Origin: Eledone cirrhosa
Taxonomy: Eukaryota
DNA length: 64,000 nt
Direction: 5' to 3'
Assembly: GCA_964016885.1 (NCBI GenBank)
Contig: OZ024761.1
Coordinates: 18,538,001-18,602,000 of the forward strand
Position numbers and translations under genes: made by a program. The notes under the pieces are model-generated. The model did not search any database and was not told where the DNA came from. It saw nothing but the letters and a program-made list of their open reading frames with translations. How positions within the stretch are numbered: position 1 is the first letter of the stretch; every line of letters begins with the position of its first letter. This document shows positions 39,666-54,768 of the stretch, one piece after another.

Positions 39666-42600
39666 CTGTCTGAGATTGTTTTATGAAAATACTCCTTTAT
39701 GCTACTTTACATATTTTGTTCCAGTTCCAAATATGGAAAGCTCCACCATTCCACAAGGAATATCAGACTATAGATCAATAATATAATAATAATGGTCTCT
39801 GATTTAGGCGCAAGGCCAGCAATTTGAAGAGAGGGAGAATGTTGATTAAATTGACCCCCAGTGCGTTACTGGTATTTTATTTTATCAACACCCATTAGGA
39901 TAAAAGGCAAGTTAACTTTGGCAGGATTTGAACTCAGAACATAAAAGTCCATAACCTTTTACATTCGGAGTTCAAATTACGACAAGGTCATAACTTAATG
40001 ATAAAAAATGTTTTCTGATTTAGACACAAGGCCAACAAATTTTTGGGGGAGGGGAAAGTCAATTAAATCAACCCTAGTACCTTAACCCTTTAGTATTTAC
40101 ATTACTCTATATGTGCTATTATATTTTCGTGGTAAAGGCTTTATCTTACATAATATCGAATCTATGAAATGCTGATATTTATTTTGAGAACAATACCTTA
40201 ACATCAGTATGAGTGGCCAGTTAGAGCCAGTTTGAACAGAAAGAGGTGAGAGAATTCTGGCCGGTTACAGCTGGTTTAAATGCTAAAGGGTTAATTTATT
40301 TATCTATCCTGGAATGAAGGGCAAAGTTGACCTCAGAACGTATAAGGGCCATAGCTTTTTACGTTCTGAGTTCAAATCTAGGATAAGGGTTTTTAGCAAA
40401 ATTTGAACTTAAAAATTAAAGAGCCAGAACAAATAATGGTATTCGTTGGTCCTGTGACTAGAGAAATCACCATTTTTAGCAGTTATTCTTTAAACTTTTA
40501 TCATTCACATTACTCTATATTTATTATTGTATTTTCACGGTAAACATTTTACCTCACATAATATCAAATCTATGAGATTTGATATTATTTATTTTGAGAA
40601 CAATATCTTAATATAAGTATGAGCAGCTGGTTATGGCTGGTTTGAACAGAGAAAGGTGAGAGAATTCTGGCCAGATATGGTTGGTTTAAATAATTGTTTC
40701 TACTTTAGGCACAAGGCCAGCAATTACCCAGTACATTACTGGTACTTTATTTTATCGACCCCCGTAAGGATGAAAGGCAAAGTTAACCTCGGCAGTTATG
40801 GTTGGTTTAAATAATAAAGGGTTAAAGTATCCTGGCTATTTTTATTAAAATTAGAAATATACTAAGTACTGCTAGTTCTAACAATTCTGCCAATCCCCCG
40901 TCCTCATAGTTATAATTCTTTCAAACATTACCATAAGGTCAGCAAACAATTTGGGGAAAGAGGAAAGTTAATTATATCAACCCCAGTATTTAGCTGGTAC
41001 TTTATTTTATTGTACAATTGTGCTAATCCAACGCCCTTATATATAATAACGATAATAGTACTCTGTCAGTTATGACGACGAGTATTCCTGTTAATATGAC
41101 CAACGGAATAGTCTGCTCATGAAACTAATGTGCAAGTGGCTAAGCATTCCTCAGACACGTGTACCTTTAACGTAGCTTTCAGGGAGATTCAGCGTTACAC
41201 AGAATGTGACAAGGCTAGCCCTTTGAATTTTCCAGATACAACTCATTTTTGCCAGCTGAGTGGACTGGAGCAACGTGAAATAAAATGTCTTGCTCAAAGA
41301 CACAGTGCATCGCAGGGAATTGAATTCATGGCCTTACAATCATGAGCCAAATTCCCTAACCACAAAGCCATGCTCCTTCACAATAATAATAATAATAAAA
41401 TTTGCCAGTGTGGAAATTCCAAGCCAACCGTTATCTAATTATTTGTTTCCTCTTTTCCATTCCACAATTAACAAAGTCTTTGATAACGATGCAATATATT
41501 TTCTCATAATGTTGGCTGTTTTTTTTTGCATTATTTTTTTTTAATAATGATAATCAGATTATTTTTTAATTAATTTAATTTAATTTTTTTTAAAGATTTA
41601 TTATCAAAAAATAATTTATATATTTCCTTTATCTCTCTTTTCAAAAGAAATCTTAGTTTATTTTTCATTATATTGCCAAAAAATTCAGAATTTATAAAAG
41701 GACCAAAGGACCAATATTTTTTTTTTTTTTTTTGCAAAATTTTAATACACAACCGAAATAAAAAAAATAAAAATAAAAATAAAAAATACGAGAAAAAAAA
41801 ACCGAAAAAAAAAAAAACATTTTAACCCTTTCTTTACCATATTTTACCTGGATGAAAAGCACTACCTATGATTTAGAAATAATTTCAAAATTAATCAAGA
41901 ATTTGGAGGGATTTAGTAATACAACTAAATTTCTCATTATTAAGTTGGTGTTTGGAACATAACTTAACAAAGGTTCTTACATAAAATTATGATGAAAGTT
42001 AAACAAACAGTTGTGTATTGTAAGAACCAGGGGTGATGTTCAGCAATTTGGTATCGAAAGGTGTTGAATATATCTTCTGAAGAACAAAAATGAAAAAAAC
42101 ATTTTTTTTCTTCTTCCTCTCAATAATATCAATTATATTTTTTTAAATTTATTTATATTTCTTTTTTTGTAAAAGATAATGTTAAATAAAGAAAGAAAAG
42201 AAAAAAATTAGCCTCCCTCCCTCAAAAAAATTTTTTTTAATAATAATAATAATTTCTTGATAATAATAATCAATGGAGGGAAAAGTCGATTAAATTGACC
42301 CAGTGCATTACTGGTACTTTATTTTATCGACCCTGTAAGGATGAAATGCAAAGCTAACTTCGGCGGGATTTGAAATCAGAACGTAAAGAGCCATAACTCT
42401 ATGCTGCAAAGCATTGTGTCGGATGCTCTACCGATTCTGCCAATCCACCGTCCTACAACTTTATGATAATAACGATTAAATTAATTTATTTTTTAAAGAA
42501 TTGTTTCGATGAATGATGACCATGCCATCTTCTATAATTCTTTGAATTCCCTTCGGCAACCTTTCTTCTTTCAACAGCAAATTATTATTTCTCTGTGTCA

Positions 42601-45600
42601 ACTGTTAATTACGACCTGCAATTTTTCATTGGCTGTTGTCGTAAAATGCGGAAGGTTATCAAAGGAAATACAGAGCCTCGTTTCTTAATTTCTCTCTCCT
42701 CAATTACTACCAAATTTTCTTATTCATTTCCTATCTTTCTTTTTTCTTTTTTTCAACAAAATAACCCTCACCCAAAACACAAAAAACTGCTGCTTTAAAC
42801 ATATTAAACCATTCATTTTGAAAAACAAAAAAAAAACAACCCCTCTACTACAAAAGCCCTTTAAATTGGCCTCCACCCCACTTGGCCATCCCTAAAACAA
42901 CTCTCCAAAACAAGAAAATATTTGATCAAAACCAAGAAACAAATGACTAGAGTCGTGAGTCATGTTACATTTATTGTTATTTATTAATATTTTTTGTTAA
43001 AATTTTAATGTTTGACATTTTACACCCTACCCCCTTTTTAATATCAACTCAAAATTTCTAAAAAAAAAAAAGAGAAAGAAAATGTTTCCCCCTTTTTTTG
43101 AAAATCTTTTTTCCTTGTTATCCGACCTGACCTTGTTTAGGGTCTGTCTCAAACATGAGTCTATCTCAAACGTTGAAAGTCTGTCATAACATTTGTGACG
43201 CTGTCTCAACATTTGAGATGCTGTCTTGAACCTTAAGATACTGTCTCAAGTGTTGATAATCTATCTTGAATGCCGAGATGCTAGCTCAAATGTTGAGGCA
43301 ATATCTCAAACGTACAGTCTGTGTTTCAAATGTTGAGACTGTGTCCCCAATACCGAGTCTGTGTCTCAAATGTTGTGCTCATATCTCAAATATTAACGGT
43401 CAGCCCCAAATGTTGCAGCTATATGCTGAAATAGTGGGGCTATGTCTCAATTACACATGATTTGAGTTAAAATGGGATTTAAATAATCTTAAACAGGAGG
43501 TTTTTCTTTCTTACAAAGTTCTTTGCTGGATATTTTAAGCTCTTCCTTCGCAACCCACCATTCGATAGAAGCAGATATGAAAGTTACCAACAGCAAACAT
43601 TAGTTTTTACAATATCAACTCTTTACTTCTCTGCTCTACCCATCTCTCTCTCTCTCTCTCCACCCTTTTGTCTGTTTACCCATCTATCTATCAATCTATC
43701 TGCCTGTTTGTCTATCTCTATCACTCCATATGTCTATCTTCTCTCTGTCTCTCCACCCATCTGTCTATCAATGTGTTTCTATCTATCCCTCCATGTCTAC
43801 CTATCTATCTATCTATCCCTCCATGTCTCTATCAATCCCTCTATGTGTCTATCTGTCTATCCCTATCTCTCCCTCCATATATCTATCTCTATCTATTCCT
43901 GCATATGTCTATCTATCTATCTCTCCCTCCATATGTCTATCTCTATCTCTATCTATCCCTCCATGTCTATCTGTCTATCTCTATTCCTGCATATGTCTAT
44001 CTGTCTATCTCTATCTCTCCTTCCATATGTCTGTCTGTCTATCTCTATCTCTCCTTCCATATGTCTATCTCTATCTATCCCTCCATATGTCTGTCTGTCT
44101 ATCTCTCTATCCCTCCATATCTATAGCCACCTGTCCCCTAACAAGTTCTAGATTACTTGGTGAGGTTTAATGTTATTAACAATCAGATTGGGCAGAAATA
44201 GGAAGAGTAGGAGGAGGGGGTAACACTGGAACTATAAATTGTAAAGGTCACTATTTCAGTGAGAAGAGGTCATCATATATGTATCTCTGGATTTAGTGGG
44301 GGCTGGAAGAGGATTCACCATATATGGATCTCTGGATTTGGTGGGGTTTCACCATGTGTACCTCTGGGTTTAGAGCTGTGTGTGGAGAGAGAGTGTGTCC
44401 GAGTTCTTCTGAAGGAATGGTGAACAAAAATAAATAAATAATATAAAAATAAAAACGAAGCTTGCCGTTCCTTGTTTCATTAAAGCTAAAAAATCATACA
44501 AAAAATAATAATAACCACTGCAGTTTCAACAAAAATAAATGATTTTTAAAAAAAAGCTGAGGAAAAAATACGAAACTGCGTTTTAATGTAAAGCTATGTC
44601 AAAAATTGTTGAAAAGTGTAAGACTGAATGCGAAACTATGTACAAAAAATATTAAAAAGTGTGAAAATGTGTGTGAAATTATTAAAAAGTGCAAAACTTT
44701 GTTTAAAACTATGAATAATTATGTAAATTATTATAATTATCTGCAATTTTTTTATATGTTGGTTTTTATAAAATTGAAAATAAAAATCCTTCCAAAACTT
44801 TTTAGAAATTCCCTCGTTTTTCTTTTATCATGGCTGTGCTATCTTAATTTAGCAAGTTTTATTTATTACCAAATTACCAAGTGCCAGATCGTCATACAAG
44901 GTGGACAAAGTGCTTTTTGTCGTGACAACAGCATAATGGGAGGGGTCGAGCAGATTTAGAGGATGTCCTACTTCCCATGCTTGTGTGTAGAGGTTGAGCA
45001 TGACCACAGGGGGTACCTCAGGAGTGTGTAAGATGGAGGAAGAGAGGGAATATGCTAGTTGGACACGGATGAGATGAGTGGGGTATTTAGTTGGTGAGGA
45101 CGAAGGTATTAAGACCAGGGAAGATGAATGGGGAGGGGTAGGGAAATGCTAGTTTCAGGTTAGTGTCCGCTACATGTTTCATCAATTGTGAGCATTTTGG
45201 AGGTTAGATTAGTTGATGCACACGAAAAAAAAAAACGAAGAAAAATTATTTCCCACTGAAATCGAAAGCGTCGTTCTTTTATAACAAAATGTCTTTGTAT
45301 TTGTTTTGCAAGATTATTGGCGTAGGTAATCACTGAAATAGGTATTATAGTTTTTGAGAGGGTCATGCCGACAATAAAAACACGCGCATCATTTGTTTCT
45401 ACGTTGTTTTTTTTTTAATCCTACCTGGGTGCAGCGGCGTGCAGAGCTCTGGTTATCTCGATTGTATGCCCCAAAGACTCAAGTATAAGGCCAAATATAC
45501 TGAGAAATATTATGAGAAAGGAAAATATTTTGAATATCTAAACACAGATGAAACATGAAATAAACGCTTCATTCGATTTTTAATATTAATCAATCAAGTT

Positions 45601-45769
45601 CTTTTCCCCAAATGATGCCCGGGGTTAACTAATGTTTATGGATATTTTTTTTATTGAGAAACGTAATCGATATGTACTTTATATGTATTGATTAAAACTA
45701 AAATCAGTACAATATATATACGCGCGAAGGTTGCGTAACCCGAGACCACAAAGAGGGAGCAAACCTTGA

Positions 45770-46170
45770 CAAGGATCTAGTAGAGGAGACTAGATGCTAC
45801 CGACTAGATATAGTCGGGGTTTCCTCAACAAAGTTCCGTGGCTCTGATACTGTAGATTTGGATGGGGGGAGTGGAAACTCCATTATTCAGATGTGGCGCC
45901 AGAAATGACTGCACAGGCGGGAGTCGGGGATACTCACAAGCCCCCGGCTGTCAGAATGTGTTATGGACTGGATCTGGGTCCTGAGAGAAGAAAGGATTTG
46001 CCTTTTGAAGTTTAGGTTGAAAGATAGGTCTCCGTAGGTGGTGCAAGTTTTTACACCAAACAAGGAGTCCGAATACAGGTCCCTTCTTGATGAAGTCACT
46101 ACAGTGGGAGATGTAGTTAAGACTGAGTCATATATCCTAATGGGAGACTTCAATGACATGTTGACATTGT
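45770..46170 (+). mobile_element. Degenerate RTE LINE APE-endonuclease fragment
   Basis: ERICLLKFRL..*VVQVFTPNKESEY...YILMGDFND, with stops. Confidence 0.7.
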
Positions 46171-47212
46171 GACATCTGACTGATCAAAGAAGACTTTAAA
46201 AGCAACTAGTAGCGACTCTTTTTGAGAAAATGGATGAAATTTGGCATCGTGGTGTTATCAAGTACGTGCAGGAAAAGAGTTTAGATCCCACCAAGGACAT
46301 TTACGTTGACATGGTTGCTACATTAGGGGATGACATTCCAGGGACTATGTTGAAAAATAAACCTCTTTTGATCATTCCATGAGAGTATCCTGGCCAGCAT
46401 ATGAACTTCTCAGTTAAACTCTTGTATATGTGTTAAGATTGAATGTGGAAAATATACGTAAAAAATAGTTTTTTCACTTACCTGAAGTTGAATACAATTC
46501 TCAGGTAGAAATATTCCGTAAATTTATATCAAAATGTAGACAAATAAATTATAAAAAGATCCATCATCGATCAAATTATAAAATATTTAATGTTAAATAC
46601 AGTCTTTGCTGTGTAAAGACATATCTTAAGTATGGTCATTTGGTACCCTGTAAGGGTAATTAGACTCATACTAAGGTAGAGATGATCCTTTTCTGTGTAT
46701 CGAACATCACTTGGTATCGATGCATCCCAGATGGACATCAATACACATCTATATACACTCACACATCACTATATACACAGGTAACAGTCTATATATACAC
46801 TATGTATATACGCAGACAACAGTCTATATAAACTATATACAATCTAACTATACACCATATATATCTTAAGTATAGTTATTTGGACTAAATAAGGTAAGGG
46901 TAATTAGATTCATACCAAGGTAGAGATGATCCTCTGCTGAGTATCGATGCCTCCCAAATAGGCATCACTACGAGAAGTGATAGTTAAACTTGAACAGGTG
47001 GTTGGTACACTCCTTCTCCAGCCTTGACTTCAAAATGTTGACTCAGGGGTGCGTCAACTGTTTCTTGTTTGAGGTTGTTCAAACCTGCAGAACAGAAGCG
47101 GTTCCTAGAACTTGGTTGGTGTTTGCACCTGGAGCTTCCTGTTATGTCATCGGGTAGTTCTGCTAAGTGCCTCTCTGAACAGTGCACTGCCGTCGATGGG
47201 GCACCTTCTAGT

Positions 47213-47358
47213 CAGCGGTCGCCAACCACTGGTGGTCCGCAGAAAAATATTAATGTATTTATCTTTTGAAAAAATTTCTAAAGTTTATATTAGCGGTCCA
47301 TCAGATTTTAAATTATCAATTTCGTGTTCCGTGATGTCCGAAAGGTTGGCGACTGCTG
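47213..47358. mobile_element. hAT-type MITE
   Basis: TIRs cagcggtcgccaacc / ggttggcgactgctg. Confidence 0.7.
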
Positions 47359-49245
47359 TTGTAGTGCACTGTACTATTAGTATTTTAAAAGCTTCTAAGA
47401 TGTCTGACCTCTGCCCTAGCAATAAATAATTAATTAATTATATGTATGTATTTCTATTTAATCTCCTATATTTGTTAAATCTATTTTGTTTCTGTAATAA
47501 AATGTTTTAAAATATTCTTTTTAAATTTCAGAAAAACTTAAAACATCAAACACATGGTGATGGTCGCTTGGTTTCTTATTGGACTTGGTTGGTTTCGTTA
47601 TAAAAGTGTCTTTTAAATAAATATGTTAATGGACAAACTTCTAGTTAATTAATTAACTTGCTTCTCCAGGATCTCAAATGTTTTCCAGTAAAATATTTCA
47701 TTGAGAAATGAAAATATAATAATATATATATGTTTAAACAAAACTGCTCGTTGGATTTTGTTGTTTGTTCATTGAAAGCAGATGATTATATATTGTGTGT
47801 ATATATTTGTATGTATCATCATCATCGTTTTAAGTCTATTTTCCACATTAGCATGGGTTCGACGAGTATATATGTAAGTATTTATATGTTGTATGTGTGA
47901 CTATGTTTGCATACGTGTTGCTGTGTCTGTATTGGTGTGTTTCTCTGTATATATGTATATGATGGTGTGTGTAGGTATTGGTGTGTATGTGTCTCTTTGA
48001 AGATGTATGTGTACATGTCTGTCTTGTTTATGTATGTATTTGTGCGTGCGTGATTTTGCGCGCGTTTGCATGTGGGTGAATGTGTGTGTACGTTTGTACG
48101 CGAACGTCAATGTGTGTGAATATGCAGCATAGTGGTAAGTGTGTTGGATTTACAATCAATGTCGTAGGTTCGATTCCTGGACTGGGTTGTATGCTGTGTT
48201 CATGAGCAAGTCTTCATTTCATGTTGCTCCAATATAATCAGCTAAAAATGAGTACCAGTAATAACTGGTAAATTGACCATTCAATGGACTAGCGCCGGCC
48301 TGGAGGCAGTCTTGTACTCTCAGTTGCTTCATGCCCCGAAAACCGGGATCAAAAACGAATTATATATATACGAAAGAGAGATGTTTATCCCATGTTCAAT
48401 CGGTGTTAAGCACAGTAAAGAAGGTACTCAATACATAGGGTATAAATATTTAATATAGAAATGGCTTCTACAGGACGAGAACATATATATATAGAAATGA
48501 ATGTATGTGGACAACTCGTCTAACCCATGCTAGTGTAGAAAATGGACGTTAGATGATGATGATGATATGTATGTATAGACTGAGGAGATACGACTGTCCG
48601 TTTTTCCATTGTCTTTATCCTGTGCGCCTCATTCTGATGATTCTGTATGAATGAAACAGCTCTAGTCCTGTAGAAGTCATTTCTCTCTCTCTCTATATAT
48701 ATATATATAACAAAGATACCTATATTCTACCAACGTATTGAGCACTTTTTTTAAGTGTGGTTACCCCCAACCCAACCCAACCCAACTTGTGAACATATAT
48801 ATATATATATATATATAAGGGTCAGCTGAAACGTTCATAGGCTGACCTCATTTGGTCATTCCATACTCTCATGGAATGACCAAATGAGGTTTATTTTTCG
48901 ACATAGTCCCTGGAGAGAAACAATGCAGTTATTATTAATAAGAAGAGTTGCATGAAAGATTTCACAGCTCTACCATCACTGCTTCATAGTCAGCCAATCA
49001 TCATGAGTGTATATAATATATATATATATCCATCTTTATAAGAAACAAGTGTACAGGTATATCACCACCAACGTTGTTTTGTCATATTAGTGTTTCTTAA
49101 TGAGATGCCTTCTTACCTGGTGGTGTCCTGTGACGTTCTTGCAGCTCAGACATCATGGTAGCTCACCTGCATCATGTGAGCTTGGCTTACCTGGGCATTC
49201 ATCGTGTTAGCCTAAGTGGCAAACTAGCTTTACTTGAAATCCCCA

Positions 49246-49280
<35 letters not shown>

Positions 49281-49914
49281 GGAAATGCCAGTTGAAGGAA
49301 GACGTGGTAGAGGTAGACCACGAAAAACATGGGCGGAGGTGGTGAGAACAGACCTCAGATCATTGAAGCTCACGGCGGAGATGACGAGGGACCGTGACGA
49401 GTGGAGAGATGCTGAATAAGACCCGTCCCACCCTTGCAAGCAGGGAAAAGCGGACATAAAATGATGATGATGAGAGAGAGAGAGAGGTACATGGCATAGT
49501 GGTTAGAGCATTGGCCTTGCAATCGAAAGGTTGTGAGTTCAATTCTCAGACCGGGTGATGTGTTGTTTCCTTGAGCAAGACACTTTATTTCACATTGCTC
49601 CAGTTTACTCAGCTGTAGAAATGAGATGATAGGGACTGGGGTCCCCATCATTCCACTGTAAAGTGGTCGTGGAGGTGCCACGGCAAAAAAGCACCCAGCA
49701 CTCACTGTAAATGAGGTTGGTGTTAGGAAGGGCATCCAGCTGTAGAAATCAAGCCAGCATCAGTTCCCGTCCCACCCTTGCAAGCAGGGAAAAGCGGACG
49801 TAAAATGATGATGATGATGAATGATGATATATATATATATATGTGTGTCTGTGTACAAATCTCTATATATATATATATATATATAAAAACCACTGACATC
49901 ATAGTTAGGCCTAT

Positions 49915-50515
49915 ACATACCCAATTATACATACATCCCTACATACAGATTGTATATCTATACACAACTATATATACATCCCTACATACAGATTGTATAT
50001 CTATACACTAACCTGTCATTCTATATACACAACTATATATACATCCCTACATACAGATTGTATATCTATACACTAACCTGTCACTCTATATACACAACTA
50101 TATATACATCCCTACATACAGATTGTATATCTATACACTAACCTGTCACTCTATATACACAACTATATATACATCCCTACATACAGATTGTATATCTATA
50201 CACTAACCTGTCATTCTATATACACAACTATATATACATCCCTACATACAGATTGTATATCTATACACTAACCTGTCACTCTATATACACAACTATATAT
50301 ACATCCCTACATACAGATTGTATATCTATACACTAACCTGTCATTCTATATACACAACTATATATACATCCCTACATACAGATTGTATATCTCTACACTA
50401 ACCTGTCATTCTATATACACAACTATATATAGATCCCTACATACAGATTGTATATCTCTACACTAACCTGTCACTCTATATACACAACTATATATACATC
50501 CCTACATACAGATTA
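49915..50515. repeat. 65-bp minisatellite (~9 copies)
   Basis: acatccctacatacagattgtatatctatacactaacctgtca(t/c)tctatatacacaactatatat. Confidence 0.92.
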
Positions 50516-51419
50516 TTTGCATTTGTCCTCAAACGCGTGGATCCTTCTCTCTGTTTCTGCTAAAAGTGTCCATGTTTCCCACCCATATAGGAGGATGGAG
50601 ACTATCAGCGTTTTGTACAATCTGTTTGAGGAGAAATACATGAGAAAACTCCTTCGTATTTCCTATTGCGAACGTAAAACCAATGAATACGTGCGGAGAA
50701 AGGTTGAAAGTTTTGTGGGACACAACGAACCTCTTCTCGCTACTGTGAGCGAGGAGGAAACTGGCATAGTTTGGCCACGTCACACGACATGACAGTCTGT
50801 TAAAGACCATCATGTAAGACATTGTTGAAGGTGGATGCTGGAAAAGGACGCCAACGCAAAACCAACAGGGAGGAGACACAGGGGTAGGCCTCCAGCAAGA
50901 TGGTTGGATAGCATCCATGAGCTTGGCTGGCTGGCTGGCTGGCTGGTCAAGCTCGGGGATCAAGCAGGATCAGTTGGAGACAGTTGCTTCTGACAGGACC
51001 GACTAACTGGAGGGAGTGTTTGATGACTCTGCCCCCATGACCCTCTCAGGAAAAAGTGGACGAAGAAGAAGACAACGTCAAAGAATAGATGCACATGACT
51101 ACACCAGATTTGCTGATGGCTGCCATTGATAGACTATTTTGAATGAATATTGCTTCTGTATTCGGATCCCGCCAACGACTACACAAGTCAAGGGACTGAT
51201 AATGATGTTGATGATACAGATTATATATCTATACACAGACCTGTCTCTCTCTCTCTCTACACCATCAAAGTAAAACCAAATACAAACATTTTATATATAT
51301 ATCTTTTATAAAACACATCCATGAAATATTTCAATACAACCTGGGATTATTGTGGAAGAGTTTGTACAACAGTTTGGTTTTGTCGTTTGTTTGTAATTTA
51401 CACAATAGATGTATGTATG

Positions 51420-51469
<50 letters not shown>

Positions 51470-51527
51470 CATATATATATATATATATATACATGTATGC
51501 ATATATATATATATATATATACATGTA

Positions 51528-51601
<74 letters not shown>

Positions 51602-51652
51602 CATATATATATATATATATGCATATAGATTAAGAGAAATATATAAATATAC

Positions 51653-51683
<31 letters not shown>

Positions 51684-51725
51684 TATAGCTTAACAGAAAT
51701 ATATAGATATACATGTATATATACA

Positions 51726-51803
<78 letters not shown>

Positions 51804-52262
51804 CATATATATATATATATATATACAATAAATATTCAGCCATTTTGAATTAATAAATGCGAACACTTTCTGCAAGTGTATGACTGTCCATTACATATGA
51901 GTGTGTGTATGTGTGTATGTATGTGTGTGTGTGTGTCTCTTTTATATATACATATATATAGTAAGGAGATAGACAAGTGTAGAATCGAATATTTTAAACA
52001 AAAAAAAAGTTTTAAATGAAACAAAAAAAAAAAGAATACAAAAAACGAAACATAAGCCTGTACAGTAATGTGAGAGTGGTTCTGTGTATATGTAGAAGTG
52101 AAAAATTGCTTAATAACCAATTATTTATAGTATGGAGGAAGTACTTTGCTGTAGTTTAAACATACATATACATACACACACATATATATATATATATATA
52201 TACATACATACATACATACATACATACATACACATACATACATACATACATACATACATACA

Positions 52263-52298
<36 letters not shown>

Positions 52299-52314
52299 TA
52301 CATACATATATACA

Positions 52315-52690
52315 TGGTGGCTGCCAACTCGTTTTCGAGTACGGCCACTACTTTATATCCATGTAGGAGAACCCCTACCGATGCGCTGAACGAGTGTGAC
52401 TTTTTAGTCCAGCCAGCGACTTGAAAACTCTGGTACAAACACTACACTTGTGATAATTATTGACACAGTGCTGGGCCCATGGTACCATGTGACGACAAGT
52501 ACAGAGAGATCTCCAGATATAAAGCAATGCCTGTGCCGTGAAGCTTTTATAGTGAGCAAAGGCACTGCACAAAGTCAGTCCCACTCTCTTAACCAAGATG
52601 ATATTTACCAAAAAGAAGAACAAGTCAACATCATTGGATACCATCAGAGTTGCAGGTGTTATATCAGAGTTTTCTTTCTCCTAGAATAAT
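52315..52690 (-). mobile_element. LINE (RTE-like) 3' fragment with a C-terminal C2H2 finger
   Basis: [24 protein letters not shown] followed by a short UTR and a (tgta)n tail. Confidence 0.55.
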
Positions 52691-54531
52691 GCCTTGACAA
52701 AGGCTAAGGGGTCATATACATACATATATATATATACATACACACATACATATACATATATATATATACACATACATATACATACATATATATATATACA
52801 CACATATATATATATATACACACCAATTCATCTATATATATTTGTGTGTGCGTGTGTGTGTCTGTGTGTGTGTGTGTGTAAGAAAATCTTTTTCTTGTCA
52901 ATTTTATTTTCATTCAATTCATTGGAGAAATTTTTACATTTTTTTCCTTTGTTTCTTCTTCGATGGAGAAACAATAGTTTCAGTTTCTTGTCTTGGTTTT
53001 TTTTTTTTTTAACCACAGAGTGTAGGTTTAGAGTGGAGTCCAGCTGTAGATAGGAGTGGAGTGGAGTGCAAAGTGTAGATGTAGAGTTGAGTGGAGTGTA
53101 GATGTTCACTGACCCGAGTCAGTCAGTAAAAAAAAAAAACACACAGACAGAAAATGGAACCAACACAAGCAACCTTGACTTTTTTAACACAGGGCAAACC
53201 AGACAGAATTAGGGAGTTTTTATCACACAGACAGGGACCCCAGGTTTACCATGCCCCCGCTTCCCACTAATCCTTCATTAGGACCCACCCTCAGTTAGGT
53301 TTTAATAGACAAGGACCCTAGATTTACCCCAGCAAATCACCCCCACCCTCACAGGTTTTATTACAGATAAGGACCCTAATTTTTCTTTGGAACCTATCCT
53401 CACTGTTGAGTTTTATTACAGACAAAAAGCCCAGTTTTACCCCGATTTCTCCACCCCTTCAGCTGAGTGTTTATAGGGGTGTTTATTTTTTACACTAATA
53501 TTTTTTTCAATGTGTCAATAAATTTCAGTTTACATATAACATGTACAGGTTATCGTATGTATGTGTGTGCAAGGAAGGGAGTATGTACATTTATATATAA
53601 ATATGTACATATATACACACACACCCATATATATACATATACATATATATATATATATTTACATACACACATGTATATCTACAAGTTTAAAAGATATAGA
53701 GAGAGAGAGTGGAGAAAAGTGTATATAGCTTTTGAAAAAAACAGCATTTTGTACACATATTTAGAGCAAATATGTAGGAAAATATACATACTGTAACCCT
53801 TTAGTATTTTAACCAGCCATATCCGGCCAGAATTCTCTCACCTCTTACTGTTCAAACCAACCGTAACTGGCCACTCATACTGATGTTAAGGTATTGTTCT
53901 CAAAATAATATCAAAATCTCAGATTCGATATTATGTGAGATAATTATGTAAGAGAAAGCCTTTACTATGAAAACATAATAGTAAATATAGTGTAACATAA
54001 ATGCTAAAGGGTTAAATGATGCTATAAAATTAGTATCACCTTAAAGTATGTATATTTTCCTACATATTATTTGCTCTATATACAAGGTGTTTCAAAAAAA
54101 TGTACACACACTTTTGATTACCTGTACAGGCAATATTTATTAGAATGCTAGAATGCTGTTCAAGAGTGTATACAATTTTTGAGACACCCTGTATGTGTAC
54201 AAAATTGTATGCGTTTATCAAAAATATATGCCTTTTTCTCCTCTCACTCTCTCCCTATATATATAAATATATATATATCTTTTAAACTTGTATAATTGAT
54301 GCTCTGAACTAAGGTCCATTGAGCTTTATTATTGAGAAACATGATCATTACATATTCAATATGTATTGATACCTTTACATAGTGTGTATTTATATATGGG
54401 CGTGGATGCATTTCTTAACATGTTCTTAGATGGTTTTGTAGTTTATTTGGTGATCTTCATCATTGCCATTATGCTACCCTATTCCCCTATCCCCAGTCCC
54501 CTACCATTATGTCTGTCTGTCTGCATCTAAC

Positions 54532-54768
54532 CTAAGCAGATTTCAACTCTGTTCTTTGGGCTGACAGTTGTTGTTGTTGTTGCTGTGCTGTTTCTCGTTT
54601 GAAATGTGAAGTATCAATGGTTGCATGATCCACAATGCTGAACACAAACTGCAGACATCCTGTCTTTATGTAGCTACCGTGGTGCAACAGAGCGGTACCT
54701 TCCCATCCTGCACCACTGCCACCAATCAGACTGGAACCACTTCCTGTGCAGTTACACTGCTTCTTGAT
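54532..54768 (-). CDS. PHF12: PHD finger protein 12 (Pf1) last coding exon
   Basis: [45 protein letters not shown] matches my recollection of the PHF12 C-terminus; CAG acceptor, TAG stop. Confidence 0.93.
   Translation of the reverse strand: MKKQCNCTGSGSSLIGGSGAGWEGTALLHHGSYIKTGCLQFVFSIVDHATIDTSHFKRETAQQQQQQLSAQRTELKSA

Noticed and set aside
42595-42660. Possible pre-miRNA hairpin (ttacgac...gtcgtaa)
   Set aside because: The stem is short and bulged, and I recognise no known mature miRNA
51306-52438. Many [12 protein letters not shown]-type ORFs here and throughout the window
   Set aside because: Translations of (TA)n, (CA)n and (TACA)n microsatellites
52375-52470. C2H2 zinc-finger gene exon
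   Set aside because: A single finger in a decayed frame followed by a short UTR and a microsatellite tail, which fits a LINE 3' end better
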